Below are positions 39,280-50,720 of a stretch of 64,000 nucleotides of DNA, piece by piece. Within the stretch, counting starts at the first letter, position 1, and each line of letters starts with the position of its first letter. The DNA is from Podarcis liolepis (taxonomy: Eukaryota), in assembly GCA_965112155.1 (NCBI GenBank), contig OZ218113.1; one strand, written 5' to 3'. The position numbers were made by a program, and so were the translations under genes. The notes under the pieces are model-generated. The model saw only the letters and a program-made list of their open reading frames with translations. It was not told where the DNA came from and made no database searches.

Positions 39280-39800
39280 TCCCCATGTGACTGGCCATGT
39301 GACTGCCAGAATGCGGCGAGGGGGGAGGACGGCGAGGAGCTAAGCGGGGGGGGGGGCGCTACATCGAGCCACAGAGGCACCTTCGCCGCCAAAGCCAGGT
39401 GGGGCGGGGGGGAAAGGGGCCCCCGAGAGCCCCCCTCAAAATGGCGGCCGGGAGACAAGATGGCGGCCCGGTGTGTGGGGCGGGCGGTGGGGGGGCGGTG
39501 GAGGCGAGGGGCCGCGCCGGGTCTTACCATGGTGCTGCAGGCGACGAAGGGAAAGGTGAAGGAGGGAGAGAAGGTGTGCGCGGCGTCGGCGGTGCTCTTC
39601 GCGCTCGGAGCTGCTGCTGCTGGTGCGGCGTCGGCGTCGACTGCTGCTTCCTTCTCCGAGGCGGCGGCTCCGACTCCGTCTGCGCGTCAAGCGAGGCCCG
39701 AAAGGAACTGCAGCCCCGCCCCGGCACGACGCTTCCGCTTTAAGGCGCCTCCCGAGGAGGAGCCGCTTCCGGTCCGGGGCGCGGGGCGCCATGGGAAACC
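39280..39800 (-). promoter_or_regulatory. CFL1: CFL1 CpG-island promoter, 5' UTR and proximal intron 1
   Basis: CpG-rich; TATA-like TTAAAG at 39738-39743 (-); ETS CGGAAG at 39732-39737 and 39766-39772; two YY1 motifs at 39437-39467. Confidence 0.8.
39528..39530 (-). CDS. CFL1: Cofilin-1 coding exon 1 (ATG only)
   Basis: Minus strand gcagcaccATG|GTAAGA inside a CpG island; an ATG-only first coding exon is the known cofilin gene structure. Confidence 0.93.
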
Positions 39801-39812
39801 GAGTCCTCCCCC

Positions 39813-39815
<3 letters not shown>

Positions 39816-39865
<50 letters not shown>

Positions 39866-39874
39866 CCCCCCCCC
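39816..39874. repeat. (CT)n plus poly-C tract upstream of the CFL1 promoter
   Basis: Direct reading. Confidence 0.95.
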
Positions 39875-40439
39875 CAAAAAGGCCTCCTCTCCTTTCCACT
39901 GGCCTTTCCCATTCCCGACTGCCCCCCCCACAAGAATCCTGGGAAACGTAGTTCATTGTGACAGGCCGGAGTGGGGGAACCTGCGGCCGCCGGCGCCTGC
40001 TGGGACTCCAGCTCCCATCATCCATGCCAGCCAGCCTGGCAGCTGTAGTCTAGTCAACCTCTGGAGGGCCACATTCGGCAATCAGGGGGCGTTTTGAGCC
40101 GGAACTCGCGGGAACTGAGTTCCCTTACCTTTTAAAAATGAAATATATATTTTTTGTCTGGGGGTGCAGGAACAGATACACACCCAATGGCTGTAATCTA
40201 TAAAGTTGTGGCCATTTCCAATCCAGATCATTGTCTGCTTGACTTTATTAATCACATTTTACATTTAGCCACTGCCCGTGTTGGGGGGGGGCACTGTGAC
40301 TAGACCTGCAATAAACAAAACAAACTTCATGGTGAGTTCCCCCACCTTTTTTCCAGAAATAAAGGACTGGGGGTAAGTGTCACAGAGATAGAAGGGAGCA
40401 GAAATATCTTGTGTTTTATCTAGGAATTATTATGTTGTA

Positions 40440-40796
40440 CAGTCATACCTCGGGCTACAGATGCTTCAGGTTGCATTTTTTTCAGGTTACCGGAAGCTGT
40501 ACACCGGCTCCCTCAACCAATAAAGCGAGATGAGCACCGCAACCCCAGAGTCGGCCACGACTGGACCTAATGGTCAGGGGGCCCTTTACCTGCCGAAACC
40601 CGGAAGTACCAGAACGGGTTACTTCTGGGTTTCAGTGGTTGCGCATGCACAGAAGCGCTAAATCGCGCTTTGCACATGCGCAGAAACACTGAATCGCAAC
40701 CTGCACGTGCGCAGACACGGCATTGCGGGTTGCAAACCCTGTGGGTTGCGAACACGCCTCCCGCACAGATCACATTCGCAACCCGAGCATCCACTG
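40440..40796. mobile_element. Tigger-type MITE containing a Sauria-SINE 3' fragment (~40490-40590)
   Basis: TA|CAGTCATACCTCGGG...CCCGAGCATCCACTG|TA; internal gagatgagcaccgcaaccccagagtcggccacgactggacctaatggtcagggg. Confidence 0.8.
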
Positions 40797-41379
40797 TATT
40801 TAGTAATAAGTAAATAGTCCTTTTTTCTAAACAAAGTGTTTAGTGGTACTCTCATTTTGACTCAAGAAAATCACCACTTTATAGTTCAAATTGGGAAAAA
40901 TAAATACAGTAAATGGATAAAAGTACAAAGATTCACATTTTTAGGGGTATGCATACCCCTGCATCCCCCCAGAAAAAAGCACTGAGTAATAATAATAAGC
41001 AACAGTAACAGAGTAAAGAAGGAGAGAGTAACATCTGTGGCCTTCCAGATGTTACTAGACTCCCATCAGCCCTAGCCACAGCAAGCCAGTGCCAGGAATG
41101 ATGGGAGATTTAGTTCAACAAACATAGGGAGGCCAACATGCACCCCTTTCTTGGTGTGATAATATTATCTCCAGATGGCCAACCATGTTAGTCTGTGGCA
41201 AAACCAGCAAAGATCATGTGATGTGTTAAAGACCAAGAAATATACCATAGCACAAACTATAGTGGATTGAAGTCCACTGCACCAGGTTGCGTCGAGTGTA
41301 ATCCTGAGCTACCTATGTGTGCTTAGGTGTGCTTGTATTGCAATCAGTGAGGTCAGAGACGCAGATAATTATGTAGTTG

Positions 41380-41800
41380 AAAGGGTGGTGGCTGACCAAC
41401 TGCAAACATGCCTAGGTGAAGCAGATTATCTAGCCCTGTTTCAATCCAGCTTCAGGCCTTTTTATGGCAATGGAAAACCCTTGGTCACCCTGCCTGATGA
41501 CCTTTATTGTGAGAGAGACTGGAGAGAGCAAGATCCTTGTTGGCTCTCCTCAATCTCTCCATGTCTTTCAACCCCACTGGCTGCACTTTCTTTCTGAAAC
41601 GATTTGGGGTTGCGACTTGGAGGCCCTGCTCTACAGTGGCTCTGCTCCTACCAGAAAGTACAGCTGGAATAACTGCATCTTGGCCGCATGGTTTGGGGGG
41701 CATTGGGATCCCTCAGGGGGTCCGTCTATTTTGCCTCCTATGCTACTGTTGGGAGCAGTCTTCCAGGAACCTGGGAGCTCTATCTCTCCATCTAAATCAG
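41380..41800 (+). mobile_element. Decayed L2/CR1-group reverse transcriptase fragment
   Basis: DYLALFQSSFRP resembles the LDPFQSGFRP motif; frameshifted. Confidence 0.55.
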
Positions 41801-41830
41801 GGGAGGCTGTACAAGTGCTGGACCACTTTC

Positions 41831-41995
41831 CAGTGGCGTAGCGTGGGTTGTCAGCACCCGGGGCAAGGCAAGTAATTTGCGCCCCCTAACCCGTGGATTT
41901 GCGCCCCCTAACCCGTGGATTTGCGCCCTCTAACCCTAACCCCCAGATGTTGCGCCCGGTGCGGCCCCCCCTGCACCCCCCACGCTACGCCACTG
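41831..41995. mobile_element. hAT-type MITE (same family as 6296)
   Basis: TIR CAGTGGCGTAGCGTGGG; 8-bp TSD CCACTTTC. Confidence 0.9.
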
Positions 41996-42500
41996 CCACT
42001 TTCTGAAGGCCAGTAAACTGCAACTGAATGCCAGCAATAGCGCTAATGACAGGCAATTCCTATATCTGGGAAACGAGGAAGACAATAGCTTGGGAATGAT
42101 CATGGATCCATTGCTGTCACTGGTGGTTTCAGCAGCAAGTGTTTATTTCCAGCTCTGGCTGGTTTGCCTGCTATCCCCATTCCTGGACCAGGACAGCTGC
42201 GTTTCAGCAAGCCTTTCATGACTGGACTACTGCAGTGCATTCTACATGGGGCTACCCTTGAAGATGCCACTACTAGTCCCACAAATGGCTGCACGTTAAG
42301 TCTTGCCTGGAGGGCCATATTTGCCAAGCCTAAAGTGGCTCACCCATACTATCGCTTATGCTTGTCCTTCGCACTGTCAGTATTTTGGCATGCGTTTAAG
42401 ACACATTTGTTTATCTTGGCCTTTGGAGGACAATTGTTGTCATAAGCCTGCTATTCCTTTTCTGCTGGAGTAGCAGTTTGACTGTTTTAGTTTTAACTTA

Positions 42501-42759
42501 CCGTATTTTTCGCTCTATAAGACGCACCAGACCACAAGACACACCTAGTTTTTGGAGGAGGAAAACAAGAGAAAAAATATTCTGAATCTCAGAAGCCAGA
42601 ACAGCAAGAGGGATCGCTGCACAGTGAAAGCAGCAATCCCTCTTGCTGTTCTGGCTTCTGGGATAGCTGCACAGCCTGCATTCGCTCCATAAGACGCACA
42701 CACATTTCCCCTTACTTTTTAGGAGGGAAAAAGTGAGTCTTATAGAGCAAAAAATACGG
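42501..42759. mobile_element. Tc2/pogo-like MITE
   Basis: TA|CCGTATTTTTCGCTCTATAAGAC...GTCTTATAGAGCAAAAAATACGG|TA. Confidence 0.88.
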
Positions 42760-42952
42760 TATTTTGTTTTTGGTTGTGTCTGTTTTCTAATGTGTGCTAC
42801 CTTGAACTCCTTCAGGAGAAAGGGGAGGGAAGAAATAAGAATAAAAAGTAATATACAGTGGTAATTCACAAAACAGTTGCTGCTGGATGGCCAACTGTCA
42901 TGGGTGCTCTAGTTGCGATTCCTGCATTGCAGCGGGGGTACGGGACACTAGC

Positions 42953-43088
42953 CAGTGTTGCCCAAACTTGGCTTTCCAGCTGTTTTTGGACTACATTTCC
43001 CATTATCCCTAGACAGCAAGACCAGTGGTCAGGGATGATGGGAATTGTGGTCCAAAAGCAGCTGGAGCCCCAAGTTTGGGAAACACTG
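42953..43088. mobile_element. Palindromic hAT MITE nested in a SINE
   Basis: Same family as 24796; interrupts the ggactag..atg segment of a CR1-tailed SINE. Confidence 0.75.
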
Positions 43089-45922
43089 GACTAGTTGATG
43101 CTCAGGGCCTCATCCAACTCTACAATTCTATGCTTTTATGTTAACAGAGTCCAACATTGGCAAGCCAATCAAGACATGTGGGGTTTTAAAACTGCTTTGT
43201 CTCCTCCCCATTCAACCCATATGATAGCAATGAACCTCTTGCAGTTTAATGGTTGCAGTTTCTCTTCAAACTGTTTGAAGTTTTAAAAATGGAAGTTAAG
43301 GGCTTTTTTTTCCAGCCACACTAGGGCAGGCTTGTAGGTCTCCCACAGGGGTGGATAGGAGACGGAGTCCAAGTGGTCGAATAAAAATAATGTGCGTTTG
43401 AAAGGATGTTTGGGGGTTTAATAGAATTCAAGGCTTCTTGAACAGTCAAGGATTCTTTTTGAGGCAAATGTCTACAGATTGTGCACACCTAATTCCTGGC
43501 CTCATCCTTCAAGCAACATGTGGCTAGAGTAAGATGGAGCAAGGGCATTTATTGATGAAAACGTTTTCATGCTACCATTTGGTCCTAACAGGGGCCCCTG
43601 AGGAAATTTAACAAAAGCAAAAAACACACACAAAACATCCATTTAAAGAGTAAGAAAATTAAAGCAAAATAAAAACAAAACAAAACAAAACGAGGAGTAC
43701 AGGAGCATTAAAATCCAGGTGGTAGAGACCCTCCTATGAAATTTTGGAGAGCTGCTGCCAGTCAGTGTAGACAATGCTGAGCTAGATGGACCCATGGGTC
43801 TGACTCAGTTCAAGTCTGCTTCCTGTGTTCCTGTTTGATTTGGAAGAGCCGTGGGTCACCGCAGAGCATCTGCTGTGCAGACAGAAGGCCCCACAATTTC
43901 CTAGAAGGGTCTCTACCAACCCTAACAGGAGATACAGGGGTTTGAACCCAGGAACTTCAACAGATGCTCTACCACTGAGCTAAGGGACTGGCTGCGAGGT
44001 GCCTGGGATGAAGACACCCACGTTCAAATTACTTGGCAGCACTAGAATGTGCATAACTCAACCAGCCTCCCACCGCAGCAGAGATCCTAGCCACACGCTG
44101 GGGCAGGGGGTGTGGGGGAATGAAAGGCTGAGGGAAGCTAAAAGGAACACATTTGTTCTGTGCTTTGATTTCCAACCACCCCCCATCCCTCCTCAGCACC
44201 TCCAGTTTTAATTTCCCATGGTTTGGTTAAAAAGAATAAGGAGGGAAAAGAGAGGAGAAAACCGAACTGGAAATTCTGAAGAGATTTTTTGCTCTGGAAA
44301 TAGAAGGCGAGGGAAATTCTTTGGTCCCCGACGATTGCCGAGCGAGTGAGACAGAGTAGGCACTCATAAATTATATGCCCATTTTAGGAAAACATAAAAA
44401 GCCTGGAGAAAAAAGATCCACATCTGCCAGCAGGAAAATAGCTCGGCTTAAAGAGGAGGTAGTTTGAAGGGCACAACAGCATCAGTGCTAGGAAGGTGGG
44501 GTGGGGGGGAGAGAGATGCCACTCCATTCGCACTGTTAGATAAACCTGCCTGATGCACACTCTCCAAAACAATATGGGGGTAAAGTGTGCGTGAACTAGT
44601 GAAAACAGTGCACAAAAATGCATTGCATAAAGGGAAATCTCCTTTGTAAAAATTAAGCAAAATTGCATACTAATATGTGTATGTTAGGAGAAATTCAAAC
44701 TAAAACATTGTTGAATTTCCGTGAGGACTTCAGTAGCCAATAAAATGCTCTGCAGGTGTTGCTGGGACTCCAGCTTCCCCCACAGCCAGCATGGCCAGTG
44801 GTTAGGGATAATGCTTTCCCCCAGCGAGGCTGGAAATAGCACGGAAGACCTAATGAGGCCTGGGGGGTGGGGCGCAAAGAGGTTCCCCAGTCCTGCCCTA
44901 CAACGTACAGGAAATTTTCTTCTTTACAGCCCCATGAACAAAGGGCTCACTTGCACAAAGCTTAGAAAAGTTGTCCCTGGAAAAAGAAATTACATTAAAA
45001 TGGTAGATTTCGAGCAGATCCACCCCATACATTGAAAGCACATCCAATACACATTGAAAGCACATGACTTCCACCAAAGAATGGTAGGAACTGTAATTCC
45101 TTACAGTTGCTGGGACCTGTAGCTCTGTGAGGCAGGCCCCCAGGATTCTCCGGTTGAAGCGATGTGCTTAAATGTGCATTGGATGTGCTTTATACCTTAT
45201 TTTCCTATAGCATTCCTATGGTGTGGGTCTGCCCTATGGTAACTAGACCCTCTCAATGGAATTGCTGACTGAGTAAAGTTGCTGCTCATCTTACTGCTTC
45301 CTGTTCCTGTTTTCATAGTCATTTGATCTGCAAATATTTTGATTTCTGCTTATAAAACCTAATGGCCCATTTTATTTTCTGATTGATTGGAAATCCTACT
45401 ACAGTGCACAGATGGTGGCGGTTTTAATGCATCATTCGTTTATTATTTTGCAGTTTAATCGCTGTTTCTTACTCTGAGAGCCGGTATTTTGGGGCTGGTT
45501 GGAAGGGGATGTTTTGAACCTGTGGTGGGGACAGGCTCCAATGATGTAGCTGGACTACACGTCCCATCATCCCTTACCAACTGAGCATGCTGGTTGGGAC
45601 TAATGGAAGTTGGGAGTCCAACGACTTGCAAAGAGCAATAGTTTCCCTGATCCTTCTCTTTTTCCAAGAGAGAGGCCCAAAGGAACAGCCTGCTGATTAA
45701 TTCATAGCACTTAATGGGTCTTAGTCCCAGGAAACTGCATATTAGTAGGGGCAGAGAATCTTTTTCACTTTAAGGGCCACTCTCCATTGCATACAACCTT
45801 CCCAGGGCCAGAAGCAAAAGTGGTTGCACAATGGACTCCCATACTGTTGTTGGCATCCGTCTGTCTGCACTTCCAGGGGTGAAGCCAAGCCGATGCGTGA
45901 ATAGCAGCACCTAAGTGAACTG

Positions 45923-46364
45923 TTGTCTTTAATTAAAGCTATGGTTTTCCCAGTAGTGATGTATGGAAGTGAGAGAAGGCTGATCGCAGAAGAATTGATG
46001 CTTTTGAATTCTGGTGCTGGAGGAGACTCTTGAGAGTCCCATGGACTGCAAGAAGATCAAACCTATCCATTCTGAAGGAAATCAGCCCTGAGTGCTCACT
46101 GGAAGGACAGATCCTGAAGCTGAGGCTCCAATACTTTGGCCACCTCATGAGAAGAGAAGACTCCCTGGAAAAGACCCTGAAGTTGGGAAAGATGGAGGGC
46201 ACAAGGAGAAGGGGACGACGGAGGACGAGATGGTTGGACAGTGTTCTCGAAGCTACCAGCATGAGTTTGACCAAGCTACGGGAGGCAGTGGAAAACAGGA
46301 GTGCCTGGCGTTCTCTGGTCCATGGGGTCACGAAGAGTCGGACACGACTAAACAACTAAACAAC
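45923..46364 (+). mobile_element. RTE-BovB LINE 3' end
   Basis: Same peptide and (CAA) tail; TSD AAGTGAACTG at 45913-45922 and 46365-46374. Confidence 0.92.
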
Positions 46365-47569
46365 AAGTGAACTGACCTCCCTGGGGCACAAGCCTGAGTC
46401 GTGTGTATGGAGGTCCTGTACTGCCCAGACAGCAATACCCTCCTCTTAGCATCATTGATGTGGTCCAAAGGAAAGCAGAGCACTACATTCCAGCCACAGG
46501 TTTCACACCTCTCCATCCAGGCCACCAAGAGGCATTGCCACTCTTCACAAACACATTCCAGGGGTCAGGAAACACTCAAATGTGGGCAAGGGGAAGGACT
46601 GATAAGGGGTGAGGCCTGGAGAAAGGGTTGGGGAGAGTCCTGAGGGCCAGGCAAAGATGCTGGGAGGCACCCATTGCTTTTGCTGGGACTGAGCCTTTTG
46701 AGGACTCACATACTTTGGAAGCCCCATTGGCTGTCAATTGGCTTTACTTCTGAGTAGACACATTTGAACACAGACACACACACCTAGATCATGTTGCAGC
46801 ATCTTCACCGCTCTTTCCCATTTCCAAAAAGGCCTTTAAAAAAGATTCTCAAAGAGAGAGGCGGTTGATTCATTCTGTGTTGCACCTTGGACTCAACTTG
46901 CCTGGGGTTAAAGCTCACTAAACTCAAATAGGCCTTCCTTACTTCAGAGTAGGCATGCCTCAGTTTGCACTGCCAGAGAGAAGGCCGCAACAACTGTTTC
47001 CTTATCCTTTGCAAAAATTAATTAAAAAGAGAGAGGTTCTTCATTGAGGGAGAAAGGGCTACAAGGCCTCCCCCACCTGCAGCTATTGACACCCCTTTGT
47101 TTGTGCCAAAACTGTGTTTTAAGTGGAACCCCCAGGATGAGGCACAGGGTAGGTGCACACCATACATATAAAACACATGCAAAAAATACAACACACACAA
47201 AGAATCCCGGGGAATTTTTTCTGCCTCAAACAACTACAATTCCCAGCATCCTTTAACTTTCGCAGGATTCTTGGAGGGGGGGGAGATAGGTATGCACTTT
47301 AGATGTGCATTGGATGTAGAGCGTGGATCAGATAGCCACTGCAGCAGCCCCTTTTTTTGCTGTTTGCGAGGGTGGGGGGAGGCACTTGAAGCAGAGATCA
47401 AGGAAGGCTTGGAGGGGGGAGAGAGAGAAATGAGAAGTACCCCTCCGCATTGCAGCAAATCTCCTTCACCCCCACCCTCCATCTCTAGGAAGGAAAGAAG
47501 GAAGGAAGGAAGGCTTCAGCATCTTTTGATGCACGCAATTCTAAGCCTTTGCATAGATGCACCAGAAAG

Positions 47570-48050
47570 GGACAAAGGGGGACTTGTGTAGCGGCGAGCC
47601 GGGCGCGCGTCCTTCCCTCCTCCCCCTCCTTTTCCTCTCTGCAACACCCAGGCGCGTGCACGTTGCAGCTGCTGTTGGTGCTGCCTGCCTCTCCGCGCGC
47701 CCTGCCCGGGCCGCTCGTTGCTCCCCCGCCCTCCTTCTTCTTCGCTTCTCTCGCTTCCAAATAAGGCGTCGCGCGAGCCAAACCCTCAAGCGCCTCCCTG
47801 ATTCTCACAACCTGATTTGCCCTTATTTGGGCATGTGGAGCGGCGGCGAGGAGGCGCAGCGCCTGGCACGCGGGCGCCCCCCTGCCGCCGTGGGTGGGCA
47901 CTGCAGGGTTTCCTTTTGCCTTCTCTCCTGGGAAGGAAAAGCCGTGCAAAGAATTGGAGGGGGGGAGGGAAAGGGAAAGTGGGGGAGGGGAAAACCCTGG
48001 AGATTTCCACACGTGTGTGCGTGCGTGTGTTACCTTCGCAATAGGCAACA
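47570..48050. promoter_or_regulatory. Orphan CpG island with two CArG (SRF) boxes; putative CFL1 enhancer or alternative promoter
   Basis: CCAAATAAGG at 47757-47766 and CCTTATTTGG at 47821-47830 in a CpG-rich segment with no recognisable ORF. Confidence 0.7.
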
Positions 48051-48699
48051 CCCAACAGGGAGCTGCAGATGGGATCCCAGTCATTACATCCGCCTCTCCT
48101 GTGCCCTGTTCTTTCCACTGATGTAAGATAAACAGCGGGATTGCTGGCTGGGCTCTGCTAATTGCTGCCATCTGGCTTTTCTTTATTAATTAATTTTAGA
48201 GCCTCATTCCCACTCACCTGGTGGAAGGACAAATTCCCTGATTGGCACATGTGACACACACATCAAGAGGCCTAACTGATTTTCCAAGCGGCCTAGTAAT
48301 GTCAAATCATGCAGCCTAGTGGTGTTGTCGCCCCCACCCCCAAAAAAATTCTATCTGGAATCCAGCAATTGCTGAACAAGCAACCCATTCATAAAATCAT
48401 AGCATTGTAGAGTTGGAAGGCACACCCAAGGGTTTTCTGGCCCAGCCTTCTACAATGCAGGAATTCATTAACATATTTTGAACTATTGGTGTGGCAGAAG
48501 TGGAAGGGTTGCATAAGGGTAATTTCCAAATGTAAATTGGGTACTTTTGGGAGCCTACGTTTTGTGGGAGAATGAGCCTGGAACTTACTTAGGCCCCATT
48601 GGCACTATAAAGCAGTATTAGACCACTTTAAGCAGGCTTCCCCCAAAGAATCCTGGGAACTGTAGTTTTTTAAAAAACAACAACAGGTGCTTGGATTTG

Positions 48700-49250
48700 C
48701 TTGTTGTTGTTTAGTCGTTTAGTCGTGTCCGACTCTTCATGACCCCATGGAGCAGAGCACGCCAGGCACGCCTGTCTTCCATGCCTCCCGCAGTTTGGTC
48801 AGACTCATGTTTGTAGCTTCGAGAACACTGTCCAACCATCTCGTCCTCCGTTGTCCCCTTCTCCTTGTGCCCTCAATCTTTCCCAACATCAGGGTCTTTT
48901 CCAGGGAGTCTTCTCTTCTCATGAGGTGGCCAAAGTATTGGAGCCTCAGCTTCACGATCTGTCCTTTCAGTGAGCACTCGGGGCTGATTTCCTTCAGAAT
49001 GGATAGGTTTGATCTTCTTGCAGTCCATGGGACTCTCAAGAGTCTCCTCCAGCACCATAATTCAAAAGCATGAATTCTTCGGCGATCAGCCTTCTTTACG
49101 GTCCAGCTCTCACTTCCATACATCACTACTGGGAAAACCATAGCTTTAACAATACGGACCTTTGTTGGCAAGGTGATGTCTCTACTTTTTAAGACGCCGT
49201 CTAAGTTTGCCATCGCCTTTCTCCCAAGGAGAAGGCGTCTTTTAATTTCG
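48700..49250 (-). mobile_element. RTE-BovB LINE 3' end
   Basis: ORF 48737-49213 is the BovB C-terminus; flanked by TGGATTTG. Confidence 0.92.
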
Positions 49251-49786
49251 TGGATTTGGGTTTGCTAGGAGACCCTATTCCCATCACAGAGCTACAGTTC
49301 CCAGAATTCCCTGGGAAGAGGGATTGAAGCTCTGAGAGGTTTTTTTTAGAAGCTAGTATTCAAAGAAATTAGTGCCATCATAGGCCAATGAAGTGGTAGA
49401 TGATACTATTCTGTGTTTGCTACCTGTGTTCTCAGGGGGCAAGTCTAATTTACCTTCAAGGGAACTCATTACATTTTGTTAGCAGCAGCCAGACAGGTGA
49501 TCCCTCAGGGTTGGAAAGATGCAAACATTACCAATAGATTATTGCTGCAGTACATATATGTATACAGTATTTAATTACCCTGCCAGAAAGATTAAGATTA
49601 ATGCATCAGTTGAAATTATGCAGGGGCTCAGTGGACCCAGAGTTTTAGATTGGTGGGATTTTATTTTGTATGAGAACATTAAAAAGGAGGATCACTACAT
49701 TCCAGCCCAATACAAAAATGGTAGGTGGTGGTTGTTTTTTGGAGGGCGGAGGTTAAGGACTAAAGTATGACAATTAGTTTTTTATA

Positions 49787-50463
49787 CAGTGGTACCCCGC
49801 AAGATGAACGCCTCGCAAGACGGAAAACCCGCTAGACGAAAGGGTTTTCCATTTTGGAGGCGCTTCGCAAAACGAATTTCCCTATGGGCTTGCTTCGCAA
49901 GACGACAGCCCATAGGGAAATCTCTGGGACAGCGGGGAAGCGCAGCGTGTCTTCCCCACTGTCCTCGGACCTCCTCCCCCTGCCCGGCATCGGAACGAAC
50001 CTCCGATGCCGGGCGGGGGGGGGGACGCCTCCTCCCCCCGCCCGGCATCGGAACGAAGCTCCGATGCCGGGCGGGGGGGGGGGAACGCCTCCTCCCGCCG
50101 CCCAGCTTCGGATGGCTTTCCTGAAGACTTGGGGTGGGAGGAGGGTTTTCCTTCCCACCGCCAACATTCAGAATGCTGTTCTGAATGTTGGCGGTGCGGA
50201 GGAAAAACCCTCCTCCCACGCAAGCCCCGGGAACAGAGGGAAAGCGCTGCGCGCCTTCCCCTCTGTTCCCGTACCTGTCCTGAAGGCTTGCGGTGGGGAG
50301 AAAATCCCTTCTCCGCACCGCCAGCCTGGCAAGCGGTTTCCCTAGGAACGCATTAATTGATTTTCAATGCATTCCTATGGGAAACCGTGCTTCGCAAGAC
50401 GAAAAACTCGCAAGAAGAAAAAACTTGCGGAACCAATTAATTTCGTCTTGCGAGGCACCACTG
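49787..50463. mobile_element. GC-rich Tigger-type non-autonomous element with internal tandem and inverted repeats
   Basis: TA|CAGTGGTACCCCGCAAGA...TCTTGCGAGGCACCACTG|TA. Confidence 0.88.
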
Positions 50464-50608
50464 TATAAAAATTGAACCTCTCCTCTCTCAATTTGTACAC
50501 CTGTAATGACAGAAGACTTGGAATGTTTTACCATTTAATGTTGTTTTGTTCTTGTTACTTATCTGTGAAAATGCAGGAGTAATAATAGAAACCCCAAGTG
50601 TTTCACCA

Positions 50609-50720
50609 CATGGGCGTAGCCAAGGGGGGCAGCTGCCTCCCCTAAACCAATAAAAGTACTTGAGGTTCTGCCCCCCCTAACAAAAGCCTGCCCCCCAACA
50701 AAATCCTAGCTATGCCCATG
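50609..50720. mobile_element. hAT-type MITE
   Basis: TIR CATGGGCGTAGC; TSD TTTCACCA/TTTCAGCA. Confidence 0.8.

Noticed and set aside
49782-50475. Cluster of 110-180 aa ORFs resembling a CpG-island gene
   Set aside because: Lies within a TA-flanked Tigger-type MITE.
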